A stretch of 64,000 nt of DNA from a bacterium (GTDB lineage Bacteria > Desulfobacterota > DSWW01): contig JBFLZG010000068.1 in assembly GCA_040756235.1 (NCBI GenBank), forward strand, positions 1-64,000, written 5' to 3'. This document shows, in pieces, positions 38,547 to 46,649 of the stretch. Position numbers and translations under genes: made by a program. A model generated the notes under the pieces. It did not search any database. It was not told the origin of the DNA and saw nothing but the letters and a program-made list of their open reading frames with translations. The stretch's first letter is position 1. Every line of letters begins with the position of its first letter.

Positions 38547-39194
38547 TCAGGGAAACAGGATCGCCAGGAGATACAGGATGAGAGCGAGCTCGCTCAGTTC
38601 CACCGCGAAAGGAACGACCCACCAGTTGCCCAGCAGATGCAGCCGTACCTCTTCGCCGCTGGGGCCGGCAAACGCGTTCGCCTGGGCCACAAACTCTCCG
38701 TTCGCCTGGTACGTGGACAGGTCTTCCTCCTCGGGCAGGCCCTGCCCCGTGCGATACGGAAAGTACACCAGGTCATATTCGAAGGCAACCCGATCTCTCC
38801 GTACAGGTTCGATCCCCGTCGCCCAGAGCCAAGGCCACAGCTCTTGCCAGAATTCGCTCGCCCCATCGGGAAGGCGGTAGCGCATCGACATGTCGGACTC
38901 GTCCGTCCGCACGTCGGCGGGTTCGCTCGCTTCCTCCTCCCTGTCGTCCAGGGTGCCTTGGAAAAAAACTCTTTCCAACTCGCTTGCGGTATTCGGGACG
39001 AAAGCCCCCCCTCTGGCCAGTCTCAAGGCGCCGTAGCGCGCCGCGATCTCGCACTTGCCGCTCACGGCAAAGAGCTTGGCCATATCGGAAGCGGCGAGCA
39101 GCAGCAGGAGCAGGACCGGCAGGACGACGAGCGTTTCCAGAAGCGCCTGCCCTGCTCGGCGATCGGAGCGCCCCGACGCAATGCGCACTTCCAT
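38547..39194 (-). CDS. TadE-like minor pilin
   Basis: 'RRAG|QALLETLVVLPVLLLLL...AARYGA', with an extra hydrophobic C-terminal helix. Confidence 0.82.
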   Translation of the reverse strand: MEVRIASGRSDRRAGQALLETLVVLPVLLLLLLAASDMAKLFAVSGKCEIAARYGALRLARGGAFVPNTASELERVFFQGTLDDREEEASEPADVRTDESDMSMRYRLPDGASEFWQELWPWLWATGIEPVRRDRVAFEYDLVYFPYRTGQGLPEEEDLSTYQANGEFVAQANAFAGPSGEEVRLHLLGNWWVVPFAVELSELALILYLLAILFP

Positions 39195-39212
39195 TCCCCT
39201 CTCGTCCCGAGC

Positions 39213-40487
39213 TCAATACAGGAACATCGGGTTGCCCTGGGGCCCCAGGATATTGGTGACCAGAAAGTCGTAAGCGCCCCCCACCTGCCCTTCCATCTGC
39301 CTGGCGATGTTCTCGTAGGCCGTCCAACCGGCGTATTCCGAGCCGTTGCCGTCCATGGGGAAGAGCCGCGCTTCCCAGTCCATCCGGAACGGCACCAGCG
39401 GGATCGGGTGGCTGGGGGCGGTAATCCCGGCCACGGCCACGTTGTAGAAGCGGCTCACGGACTCGCTGAAGGCGTGGGCGGTCGCAAATGCATAATGCCG
39501 CGCGTCGGGACAGGGAAACGCGGAACCCGTGTCTTCGCCGGGCAGACATCCGGGCGGGCCGGAGCCCTTGCCCAGCAGCACCGGCGCTTCCTGTTCCTTG
39601 TAGGCGCCCACGCTGATCGGCATCAGGGGTTCCAGGTCGCTGCGGACGAACACCCCCGGGCTCGTTTCGATCTTCGTCTTCAGCGCGTAAGGGAAAACCG
39701 CCTGATAGGACTCGCGGAGGCGTGCGATGAGATCATCCTCCGGATCGCAGTAGCCGGCCGAGTACCAGCCCGCGATGACGGGCCGCAACCCCTCCCACCG
39801 CTCTCTCATTTCGTCCGGGGTGTCGAGCTGATAGGAGAAGTAATAGAGCAGGCTCACGATCAGCTCACACCAGGTCACCCGCTCGAAATAGCCGTCGATG
39901 AGATCGCCGTTCACGTCCCGGGCATAGTAATAGCAGCCCTTCTCGTCGTCGACCGTGTTCTCCTTGAACGCGTAGTTGAGGTCCAGGATGTTCTCCGCTG
40001 CGCCGGCCCCCAGGTCAGAGTCCAGCAACTCCCGACCAAAGGCGCTCAGGATCTCGGTCTGCTGGTCTGCCGTGCGCTGGCCTATATAGATCAGAACCGG
40101 AAAAGATAACAGAATCTGGCCTACGGCAAGAACAAGGCCGATCGAACAGCCGAGCACAAAGTTTCCTTGGCATGCCTCCCACAAGAGAGCCATCAGGAAC
40201 GCATCCGTAACGATCGTGACCAGGACCATGGCCCAAAGATTGAGCAGGTTCTCATTCGTCCCGGCCATCAGGTTGAAAGCTCTGGCCTGCCAGACGGCAC
40301 CCGACAGGGCAGCCGCATCGACGGCGTTCTGGTGCTTGATCTTGGTGTTGACGAGCTCCGCCAGGTTCACGGACATGGCAAAAAAGAGGAAGATTACCAG
40401 ACCCACCATGGCGACGAACACCAGCGCCTGGCCGTCCTCGGTGCCGAGCTTCTCGATCTGCCGGGTGAAGATGCGGATCATGTCCAC
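39213..40487 (-). CDS. TadG-like (Tad_N) large minor pilin
   Basis: 'EDG|QALVFVAM', 'QNAVDAAALSGA..QAR..N..A..N'. Cys-rich, no recognisable vWA MIDAS motif. Confidence 0.82.
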   Translation of the reverse strand: MDMIRIFTRQIEKLGTEDGQALVFVAMVGLVIFLFFAMSVNLAELVNTKIKHQNAVDAAALSGAVWQARAFNLMAGTNENLLNLWAMVLVTIVTDAFLMALLWEACQGNFVLGCSIGLVLAVGQILLSFPVLIYIGQRTADQQTEILSAFGRELLDSDLGAGAAENILDLNYAFKENTVDDEKGCYYYARDVNGDLIDGYFERVTWCELIVSLLYYFSYQLDTPDEMRERWEGLRPVIAGWYSAGYCDPEDDLIARLRESYQAVFPYALKTKIETSPGVFVRSDLEPLMPISVGAYKEQEAPVLLGKGSGPPGCLPGEDTGSAFPCPDARHYAFATAHAFSESVSRFYNVAVAGITAPSHPIPLVPFRMDWEARLFPMDGNGSEYAGWTAYENIARQMEGQVGGAYDFLVTNILGPQGNPMFLY

Positions 40488-40497
40488 CGCCCCTGGT

Positions 40498-41418
40498 TCA
40501 GGGACCGAACAGAGGGTTGAGCGCGCCTTCCACGGTCAGCGTGCACCGCGCCCGGACCGGAAGAGGATACCAGGCCCTGTCAGCCAACTGGGCTGCCAGA
40601 AAGTCCGCTCTTGCGAGGGATGGGGCGGCATAGCCGAATTCCAGGGATATTCTCTCAATGGCCTCCCCCATGCTCGACGAAGTGATTTCCGGCAGGACTT
40701 GCGTCGGCTTCACCATGACCTCTCCTTCTATCTCGTCGAGGTCGAGGAATCGCGGGTGCGCCGGATCCGAGGCCAGGGAGCCGAAGTTGACGAAAACCCC
40801 GTATACCACGCGGTTCACCAGCGGGATCGACATGGGGTAGAGGAACGTGACTTCCAGTGTTACATCTTCGCCGGGCACAGGGACGTTCTGCTGCGTGGAA
40901 AACGGCACAGCACAATTGCCCGCAAACGGGAGCCAGGCCTCCTCAGCGTCTTCCCAGCGCACCCGCTGGACCGAGGTCAGGTACGCCGCGTTGATGTATT
41001 TGTACTCGGGGATGCTCGGGTCGATCGACTGAAAATCCAGTTCCGCCACCTGGTCGCTGTCAGGGAGCGCCGGCATCCACGGGTACGGAGGCGTGCTGCC
41101 GAACAGCGGCTGTGACGGCGCAATCCCGAGAGTGCTCAGGACCGCCGCAGTAAAGACAGCGGGAGAAAAGTTGCTCGCGGCGCTGTCGTCCGGATGGAAG
41201 CAGGAGCAGGGTCTCACCACGGCGGCCCGTGCAGCGGCGAAAGATGCATATTGGACGAACTGGAATGCCGTATACAGCAGACTGAACTGAACGACGGCGA
41301 GCAGGACCACAAAGAAGATCGGGAAGACCAGAATGAGCTCGGTCAGGGCCTGTCCTCGGGTATTGCACGAATGCTTCTGCCGATTCACGAGATCTCTTGC
41401 GTCAGCCCTGCTGACCAC
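40498..41418 (-). CDS. TadE-like minor pilin (long)
   Basis: 'TRG|QALTELILVFPIFFVVLLAVVQFSL...YASFAAARAA' and 'VTFLYPMSIPLVN'. Start GTG 41418 or 41388; the ORF track extends to 41556. Confidence 0.82.
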   Translation of the reverse strand: MVSRADARDLVNRQKHSCNTRGQALTELILVFPIFFVVLLAVVQFSLLYTAFQFVQYASFAAARAAVVRPCSCFHPDDSAASNFSPAVFTAAVLSTLGIAPSQPLFGSTPPYPWMPALPDSDQVAELDFQSIDPSIPEYKYINAAYLTSVQRVRWEDAEEAWLPFAGNCAVPFSTQQNVPVPGEDVTLEVTFLYPMSIPLVNRVVYGVFVNFGSLASDPAHPRFLDLDEIEGEVMVKPTQVLPEITSSSMGEAIERISLEFGYAAPSLARADFLAAQLADRAWYPLPVRARCTLTVEGALNPLFGP

Positions 41419-41576
41419 GAGAGGCGAAAAGCAGTAGGAACGGATGGTCTCCCGTTCGGGATCTTGCGGAATCTTACTGTATCGGTCCAGGACCGTCAAA
41501 AGGAAAAATATGGGGACGAAGGCTTGCACCCTCATCCCCATATTCGTTGTGCTCAAACGCCCGGGCGGTCGCCGGT

Positions 41577-41828
41577 CTACGGTGCATTCGCCGTTGCCGC
41601 GTCGATGTAGTCACTCAGGTTGCGGGAAGTGTCGTCGCGAGTGCCGACGATGGCCCCGGTATCGGCAGCCGTGTTGTCTCCAGCGACGACCTCTGCAACA
41701 GTCTGGATCTGCTCCTTCACATTGTCCGCAAAGAAGATCACGGCCCCGATGGTGGCGATGGCGACCAGCGCGAGGATGATGAGGTACTCGCTCATCCCCT
41801 GCCCCCTTCTGTTGCGCAGCTTCTTCAT
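41577..41828 (-). CDS. flp: Flp-type major pilin
   Basis: 'RNRRG|QGMSEYLIILALVAIATIG', 83 aa, strong SD AAGGAGG. Confidence 0.9.
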   Translation of the reverse strand: MKKLRNRRGQGMSEYLIILALVAIATIGAVIFFADNVKEQIQTVAEVVAGDNTAADTGAIVGTRDDTSRNLSDYIDAATANAP

Positions 41829-41881
41829 CCCTTCCCTCCTTTCTTCGAACGGAATGACAGGATCTCCCCGAAGGTCTACCC

Positions 41882-41897
41882 AGCAAATCCAATGCCA
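41882..41897 (-). promoter_or_regulatory. Sigma54 (-24/-12) promoter of the flp pilin gene
   Basis: Minus strand reads TGGCATTGGATTTGCT, matching TGGCAC-N5-TTGCW with exact GG-N10-GC spacing, about 55 bp upstream of the ATG. Confidence 0.8.
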
Positions 41898-42073
41898 GCA
41901 TCGTTTGTCTTCCGATCTCTCCGCACAACCCCTGGTTATGGGCAGCGCAAGAACCGTGATGGAAAATTAAAAGTGTTTTATCTTACTCGGCTTATTCCGT
42001 TCCCCTTGCCTGTCCCGTGCACCGCCGGAAGGCCGCGAAGGGAGGCCCGCCGCGCTCCGCGCTGAGGCCGGTT

Positions 42074-42091
42074 TGGGAAAATCATTTCCCA
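42074..42091. promoter_or_regulatory. Perfect palindrome, candidate enhancer (bEBP) site
   Basis: TGGGAAA-ATCA-TTTCCCA about 180 bp upstream of the sigma54 element, with an AT-rich tract (41961-41985) in between. Confidence 0.5.
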
Positions 42092-42136
42092 CTTTGGACA
42101 AATTCCTACCCTCCAAGCAGAGCCTGGGGGAGGAGC

Positions 42137-42343
42137 TCAGAAAAGAGGCAGGTTGAGAAAGTTCGCGAGGCTCGAGTAGTAAGAGAAGAAGATTTGGTGG
42201 ATCTGTTCGAAGCCGACGAAAACGGAGGAAACTCCGAGCCCCAGCGCGAACAGCACCATCAGGATCACCAGGTACTCCGTGTAGGCCTGTCCGGCAGGCG
42301 CGCCCCTGCCGGGGCCTAGCGGCGTCGAGCCCAAGCGTCCCAT
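42137..42343 (-). CDS. Small Flp/TadE-like prepilin (68 aa)
   Basis: 'PAG|QAYTEYLVILMVLFALG', C-terminus 'YYSSLANFLNLPLF', SD AAGGGGAG. Confidence 0.78.
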   Translation of the reverse strand: MGRLGSTPLGPGRGAPAGQAYTEYLVILMVLFALGLGVSSVFVGFEQIHQIFFSYYSSLANFLNLPLF

Positions 42344-42411
42344 CGTCGCTCCCCTTTCTTCAATCTTATAGTCGGTGTCCTGGATGATGAAAACCCGTCG
42401 AAAGCGGCCGG

Positions 42412-42420
42412 ATTATATCA
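42412..42420 (-). promoter_or_regulatory. Extended -10 promoter for the small prepilin gene
   Basis: Minus strand TG-A-TATAAT about 70 bp upstream of ATG 42343. Confidence 0.55.
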
Positions 42421-42540
42421 CATGTCAGGGCATTCCAAGCGTGCACATTGGTCCTGGCCGACCACCTCCTGATCCCCATGCTGCTGTTTAAGCATTTCGA
42501 AGATCTTTTCAGCTGCGGCCAGCACGATCGAGTTCAGAGA

Positions 42541-42783
42541 CTGTGCACAATTTCGCCTGGGCGTGTTCACAAGATCAAGAACCCGTGAAATTTGCGTACC
42601 TTTTTACACAGCCGCCGGGGTAAAGTGCGGAGCAGCCTATCCACAGCGTTCGGCCTCCGATCCCCCCCGACTTGAAGGGGATTTGCACCTGCCTGGAGCG
42701 GGTGTGGACAGGCGTCCTGGAATCCGCCTTCCTTCGCCTTGCCAATCTTGCTCTCTTTCTCTATGTTCCGCCCCTGATTCACA
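42541..42783. promoter_or_regulatory. Cluster of DnaA-box-like 9-mers and a putative dnaA promoter
   Basis: Versus TTWTNCACA: TTTTACACA 42602-10 (exact); CTATCCACA 42637-45, TGATTCACA 42775-83 and TTGTGCACA 42542-50(-) (1 mismatch each); GTGTTCACA 42563-71 and CTGTCCACA 42703-11(-) (2 each). Promoter TTGCCA-17-TATGTT at 42739-67. Confidence 0.7.
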
Positions 42784-42832
42784 CGTCCCGGCAAACCGCC
42801 CGTGATGCCCGAAGGATGAGCCGAAGAATCCC

Positions 42833-44287
42833 ATGAACGCTACCTCCGCAGCAGAACCGTCCCTGCAACGTATGGATTCCCTCTGGGAGAGGATTCGAAG
42901 ACGTCTGGGGGTCCGTTTTCCGCCGGCCGTAGACTGCTGGCTCCAGGACGTCGGGCTCGTCCAGGATCCCATGGGAAACCTCGTGCTGTTGTGCTCCAAC
43001 AGCTTTTCCAGGAACTGGCTCAAGGAGAAATACCGCGATCTCCTTGCAGAGCTGCTCCGCCAGGAGATGGGCAGAGATGTCCCACTTGCATTTGAGCTGG
43101 CCGAAAACCAGAGCGCCCGGGCTGAGCTTTGGCCGGAAAGACTTGCGGAAGTCTGTTCGAACCATTCTGAGGCCCCTGGGACCTCGAGCTCCGGAGGCTG
43201 TCCAGCCGAGCGGGACCCGGCCATGACCGCAGAACCCATCGCGGCGCCAGCGGTTCCCTTCTTCGGCTGGAACGGTCGATTCCGATTCGAGACGTTCGTC
43301 GTGGGCGACTCGAACCGTTTTGCCTGGTCCGCCGGCCATGAGCTCTGCCGTCAATTCCGCAGGGAGTACAATCCCCTGCTCATCCAAGGCGGGACAGGCG
43401 TGGGAAAGACCCACCTCGGCCAGGCCATCGGATACCTCCTGCACGCACAGGATCCGTCGCGCCGCGTTCGTTATTGCACGTCCGAAGAGTTTTTCACCGA
43501 TATGATCCATCACATCAAGAGCAAGAGCATCCTGGAGTTCAAGGAGAAATATCGGAAGCAAAGCGACGTCTTGATCCTGGACGACGTTCAGTTCGCCTCC
43601 AAAAAGAACGGACTCCAGGCGGAGCTCACCTATACGCTGGATTCTTTGTTGAATGCCGAGAAGCAGATCGTCCTTCTCGGGGACCTGACCGGCGAGGCTC
43701 AGGCGCATCTGCAGGAGAGTCTCCGTTCCAGGATCTTCTCCGGTCTGACGGTCTCGATTCAGGCTCCGGATCACGCCACCCGCGTGGCCATCCTCCGCCA
43801 GTTCGCCCTGACTTGCCCGATTCCCGTATGCGATGCCACGCTGGAAGCCCTTGCGGACCGCGTACGGTCTAACGTGCGAGATCTGGAGTCTGCCTTCAAG
43901 AGGATGGTGGCCCTGCATCTTTTTTCCAACGAGCCCATCGGCCCGGCTTCCGTGGCCGAGTCGTTCCGGGGCCTGCCCCAGTCACGGAGGACCCCCCTTA
44001 GCGTCAGGGCCATCCTGGAACGGGTCGCACGCCATTACGAGATCGCGACAGAAGCCATGACGTCCCGCTCCCGACAGCGCAAGGTCCTGTATCCCCGGCA
44101 AATCGCCATGTACCTGAGCAGGAAGCACACGTGCGAGTCCCTCGAGGACGTGGGAGCCCACTTCAACAAAGACCATTCCACGGTCGTTTATGCCGTCAAG
44201 AGCCTGGAGAAGAAGCTGCTTGTGAGCCCCCGCCTCCGAAGAGAGGTGGAGTTCATCGAGCGGAAGGTGCTGGAACAGGCCGGCTGA
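42833..44287 (+). CDS. dnaA: Chromosomal replication initiator DnaA-family protein (four domains, divergent, possibly a paralogue)
   Basis: Domain I 'WERI...WL...NSFSRNWLKEKY', 'FETFVVGDSNRFA', 'YNPLLIQGGTGVGKTHL', 'LILDDVQF', 'SNVRDLE', domain IV 'PRQIAMYL...KDHSTV'. Confidence 0.9.
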   Translation: MNATSAAEPSLQRMDSLWERIRRRLGVRFPPAVDCWLQDVGLVQDPMGNLVLLCSNSFSRNWLKEKYRDLLAELLRQEMGRDVPLAFELAENQSARAELWPERLAEVCSNHSEAPGTSSSGGCPAERDPAMTAEPIAAPAVPFFGWNGRFRFETFVVGDSNRFAWSAGHELCRQFRREYNPLLIQGGTGVGKTHLGQAIGYLLHAQDPSRRVRYCTSEEFFTDMIHHIKSKSILEFKEKYRKQSDVLILDDVQFASKKNGLQAELTYTLDSLLNAEKQIVLLGDLTGEAQAHLQESLRSRIFSGLTVSIQAPDHATRVAILRQFALTCPIPVCDATLEALADRVRSNVRDLESAFKRMVALHLFSNEPIGPASVAESFRGLPQSRRTPLSVRAILERVARHYEIATEAMTSRSRQRKVLYPRQIAMYLSRKHTCESLEDVGAHFNKDHSTVVYAVKSLEKKLLVSPRLRREVEFIERKVLEQAG

Positions 44288-44358
44288 GCGGACCTTCTTC
44301 GTCGAGACGTTCGACCGCCCGTTACCGGCACCGAGGCGCCGCTCACCGGAGAACTTTC

Positions 44359-44387
44359 TTGACATTTAGTTCGTATCCGAATAATAT
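44359..44387 (+). promoter_or_regulatory. Putative sigma70 promoter
   Basis: TTGACA-17 bp-TAATAT upstream of the acyl-CoA dehydrogenase. Confidence 0.65.
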
Positions 44388-44464
44388 AGGAATGGACTGT
44401 CACGGCACTGTACCATTACGGACACCAGGATTTTTCAGACCATTCCTGCACACGGAGGGGAGCC

Positions 44465-46309
44465 ATGGCCGATTATCTGGTGGATTTCCGGGATGTCCAG
44501 TTCGTTCTCTACGAGCACCTGGGAGTGGACAAGCTCTGCCAATACCCGAAATTCGCGGAGTACAGCAAGGAAGTCTTCGATATGGTGCTGGATCAGGCTC
44601 TCAAGATGGCCAAGGAAGTCATCGCCCCTCTGAACGAGACCGCTGACCGCGTCGGCGCCCGATTCGACAAGGGCAAGGTGACGTTCCCCAAGGAGTTCCA
44701 CGCGGCCTATCAGAAGTTCTGCGAAGGCGGATGGATCGGCGTTTCCAGCAGCCCCGAGTGGGGGGGACAGGGTCTGCCCACCGTTCTTGGCATCACCACC
44801 AACGAATTCTTCGGGGGGGCGTGCGTGGCCTTCATCATGACCCCCGGGCTGACCCACGGCGCCGCCCACATGTTCGAGACTTTCGCTTCCGACCAGCTCA
44901 AGAACATCTATCTCGAGAAGATGTACGGCGGCCAATGGGCCGGCACCATGTGCCTCACCGAACCGGGAGCCGGCAGTGCGGTAGGTGACGTCAAGACCCT
45001 GGCCGTTCGGGATGGAGATGTCTACAAGATATCCGGCACCAAGATCTTCATCTCGAGCGGGGAACATGACCTGACCGAGAACATCATCCACGCGGTCCTG
45101 GCGCGTACCCCGGACGCTCCGTCCGGGATCAAGGGAATCAGTCTCTTTCTGGTACCCAAGCACCGAGTGAACGCGGACGGGTCGATCGGCGCATTCAACG
45201 ACGTCCGCTGCGGGAACATCGAAGAGAAGATGGGGATCCACGGCTCCGCCACCTGCACGCTCAACTTCGGCGACGACGGCAATTGCATCGGGTACCTCAT
45301 CGGCGAGGAGAACAAAGGGATCGTCTACATGTTCCAGATGATGAATGAAGCCCGCATCGGGGTCGGCATGCAGGGACTTTCCATCGGCGCAGCGGCCCAC
45401 CAACATGCCCTCAAGTACGCCAAGGAACGCATCCAGGGGGTGGACGTGCGGGAGATGAAGAACCCGAATGCACTACGGGTGGCCATCGTCGAGCACCCCG
45501 ACGTCCGCCGGATGCTGCTGTTCCAGAAGTCGGTCACGGAGGCCCTGCGGGGAGTCCTGCTCAAGACGGCCTTCTGCGCGGATATGGCGCGTGTGGTCGA
45601 GAACGACCAAGAAAGGGAGAAGTACGCGGGCTACGTCGAGTTGTTCACACCGATCTGCAAGGCCTACGGCTCGGACATGGGTTTCGAGGCGTGCATCAGC
45701 GCCGTCCAAGTCCTGGGCGGTTATGGATACTGCAAGGAGTACCCGGTCGAGCAGTACGCGCGGGACTCCAAGATCTCCTCCATCTACGAAGGCACCAACG
45801 GTATCCAGGCCATCGACCTGCTGGGCCGGAAGATCGCCATGAAAGGCGGCATGCTCTTCCTCAACTTCCTGACCGACGTGAACCGGTTTGTGGACACGTA
45901 CCGCTCCCACGACAAACTGGGAAGGTACGTGGAAGCCCTGGCCAAGGCCAAGGATACCCTGGCCGAGACGACCATGATCTTCCAGACCAAGACGATGAGC
46001 GGGGACATGATCTACCCGGTCTCTCTGGCCACCCCCTACCTGAAGATGTTCTCCGAGGTGGTGTGCGCGTGGACGCTTCTGGAGCAGGCCGCTGTGGCTC
46101 AGACCAAGCTCGACGAGATTTTTGCGCAGAAGGGCGTCTCCGACGACGAAGGCCGCGGTGCCATGCTGAAGGAGAACGAAGAGGCCAAGTTCTACGCGGG
46201 CAAGATTTCCTCCATGAGGTTCTATGTCTCGCAGATCCTGCCCGAGGTACAGGCGATCGCTGCCGTAGTGAAGAGCGAAGATCGCACCGTGCTCGATTCC
46301 GTTCTTTGA
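44465..46309 (+). CDS. Acyl-CoA dehydrogenase (long, ~600 aa type)
   Basis: 'GTMCLTEPGAGS', 'GTKIFIS', 'GIKGISLFLVPK', 'EEKMGIHGSATC', 'MFQMMNEARI', 'GGYGYCKEYP...RDSKI..IYEGTNGIQ'. Confidence 0.95.
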   Translation: MADYLVDFRDVQFVLYEHLGVDKLCQYPKFAEYSKEVFDMVLDQALKMAKEVIAPLNETADRVGARFDKGKVTFPKEFHAAYQKFCEGGWIGVSSSPEWGGQGLPTVLGITTNEFFGGACVAFIMTPGLTHGAAHMFETFASDQLKNIYLEKMYGGQWAGTMCLTEPGAGSAVGDVKTLAVRDGDVYKISGTKIFISSGEHDLTENIIHAVLARTPDAPSGIKGISLFLVPKHRVNADGSIGAFNDVRCGNIEEKMGIHGSATCTLNFGDDGNCIGYLIGEENKGIVYMFQMMNEARIGVGMQGLSIGAAAHQHALKYAKERIQGVDVREMKNPNALRVAIVEHPDVRRMLLFQKSVTEALRGVLLKTAFCADMARVVENDQEREKYAGYVELFTPICKAYGSDMGFEACISAVQVLGGYGYCKEYPVEQYARDSKISSIYEGTNGIQAIDLLGRKIAMKGGMLFLNFLTDVNRFVDTYRSHDKLGRYVEALAKAKDTLAETTMIFQTKTMSGDMIYPVSLATPYLKMFSEVVCAWTLLEQAAVAQTKLDEIFAQKGVSDDEGRGAMLKENEEAKFYAGKISSMRFYVSQILPEVQAIAAVVKSEDRTVLDSVL

Positions 46310-46327
46310 TTCTCTTGCCGGGCAAGG

Positions 46328-46352
46328 GGCCCTGAGGCAACCCCTCAGGGCC
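46328..46352. terminator. 10-bp perfect hairpin after the acyl-CoA dehydrogenase
   Basis: GGCCCTGAGG-CAACC-CCTCAGGGCC. No U-tract, and it overlaps the edge of repeat copy 8. Confidence 0.35.
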
Positions 46353-46534
46353 TGGAGGTGGGGGAGCCTGCCCCGGCGAAGGCCGGGGTCCACTGTGACT
46401 CCCAATTGGCCTGATTCCTCGGGATTTGACTCGGGCCGTCCCGCGCCTACTTCCGGTGTCCTGCGGAAGTGCCCGCGCCTTGTATCCGCGTATTTTTGAA
46501 CAGACTCTGGAACAAGAGCTTGCGGGACAGGCTC
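46344..46534. mobile_element. Palindromic MITE/REP-like element, copy 8 (one end truncated)
   Basis: ggagcctgccccggcgaaggccggggtccactgtga is shared with copy 4. Ends ...tttttgaacagactc...gggacaggctc|tag. Confidence 0.8.
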
Positions 46535-46649
46535 TAGCTATCTGTGGCCTGCGGTCCCGGACGGCCCGTGCTGGCGCGTTCGGCCGGCCGAAGAGAGCTC
46601 ACCCGAAGGAATGCGGCCGCTTCAGCCTTTCGAGACCCTCGGCTGTCGC

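Noticed and set aside
42833..44287. Hda or IstB-like ATPase instead of DnaA
   Set aside because: It has DnaA domain I and the domain IV signature, and at 484 aa is far longer than Hda or IstB.
44391..44417. AATGG...CCATT inverted repeat after the acyl-CoA dehydrogenase promoter as an operator
   Set aside because: Only 5-bp arms with a long spacer and no regulator gene nearby, so it cannot be told from chance.
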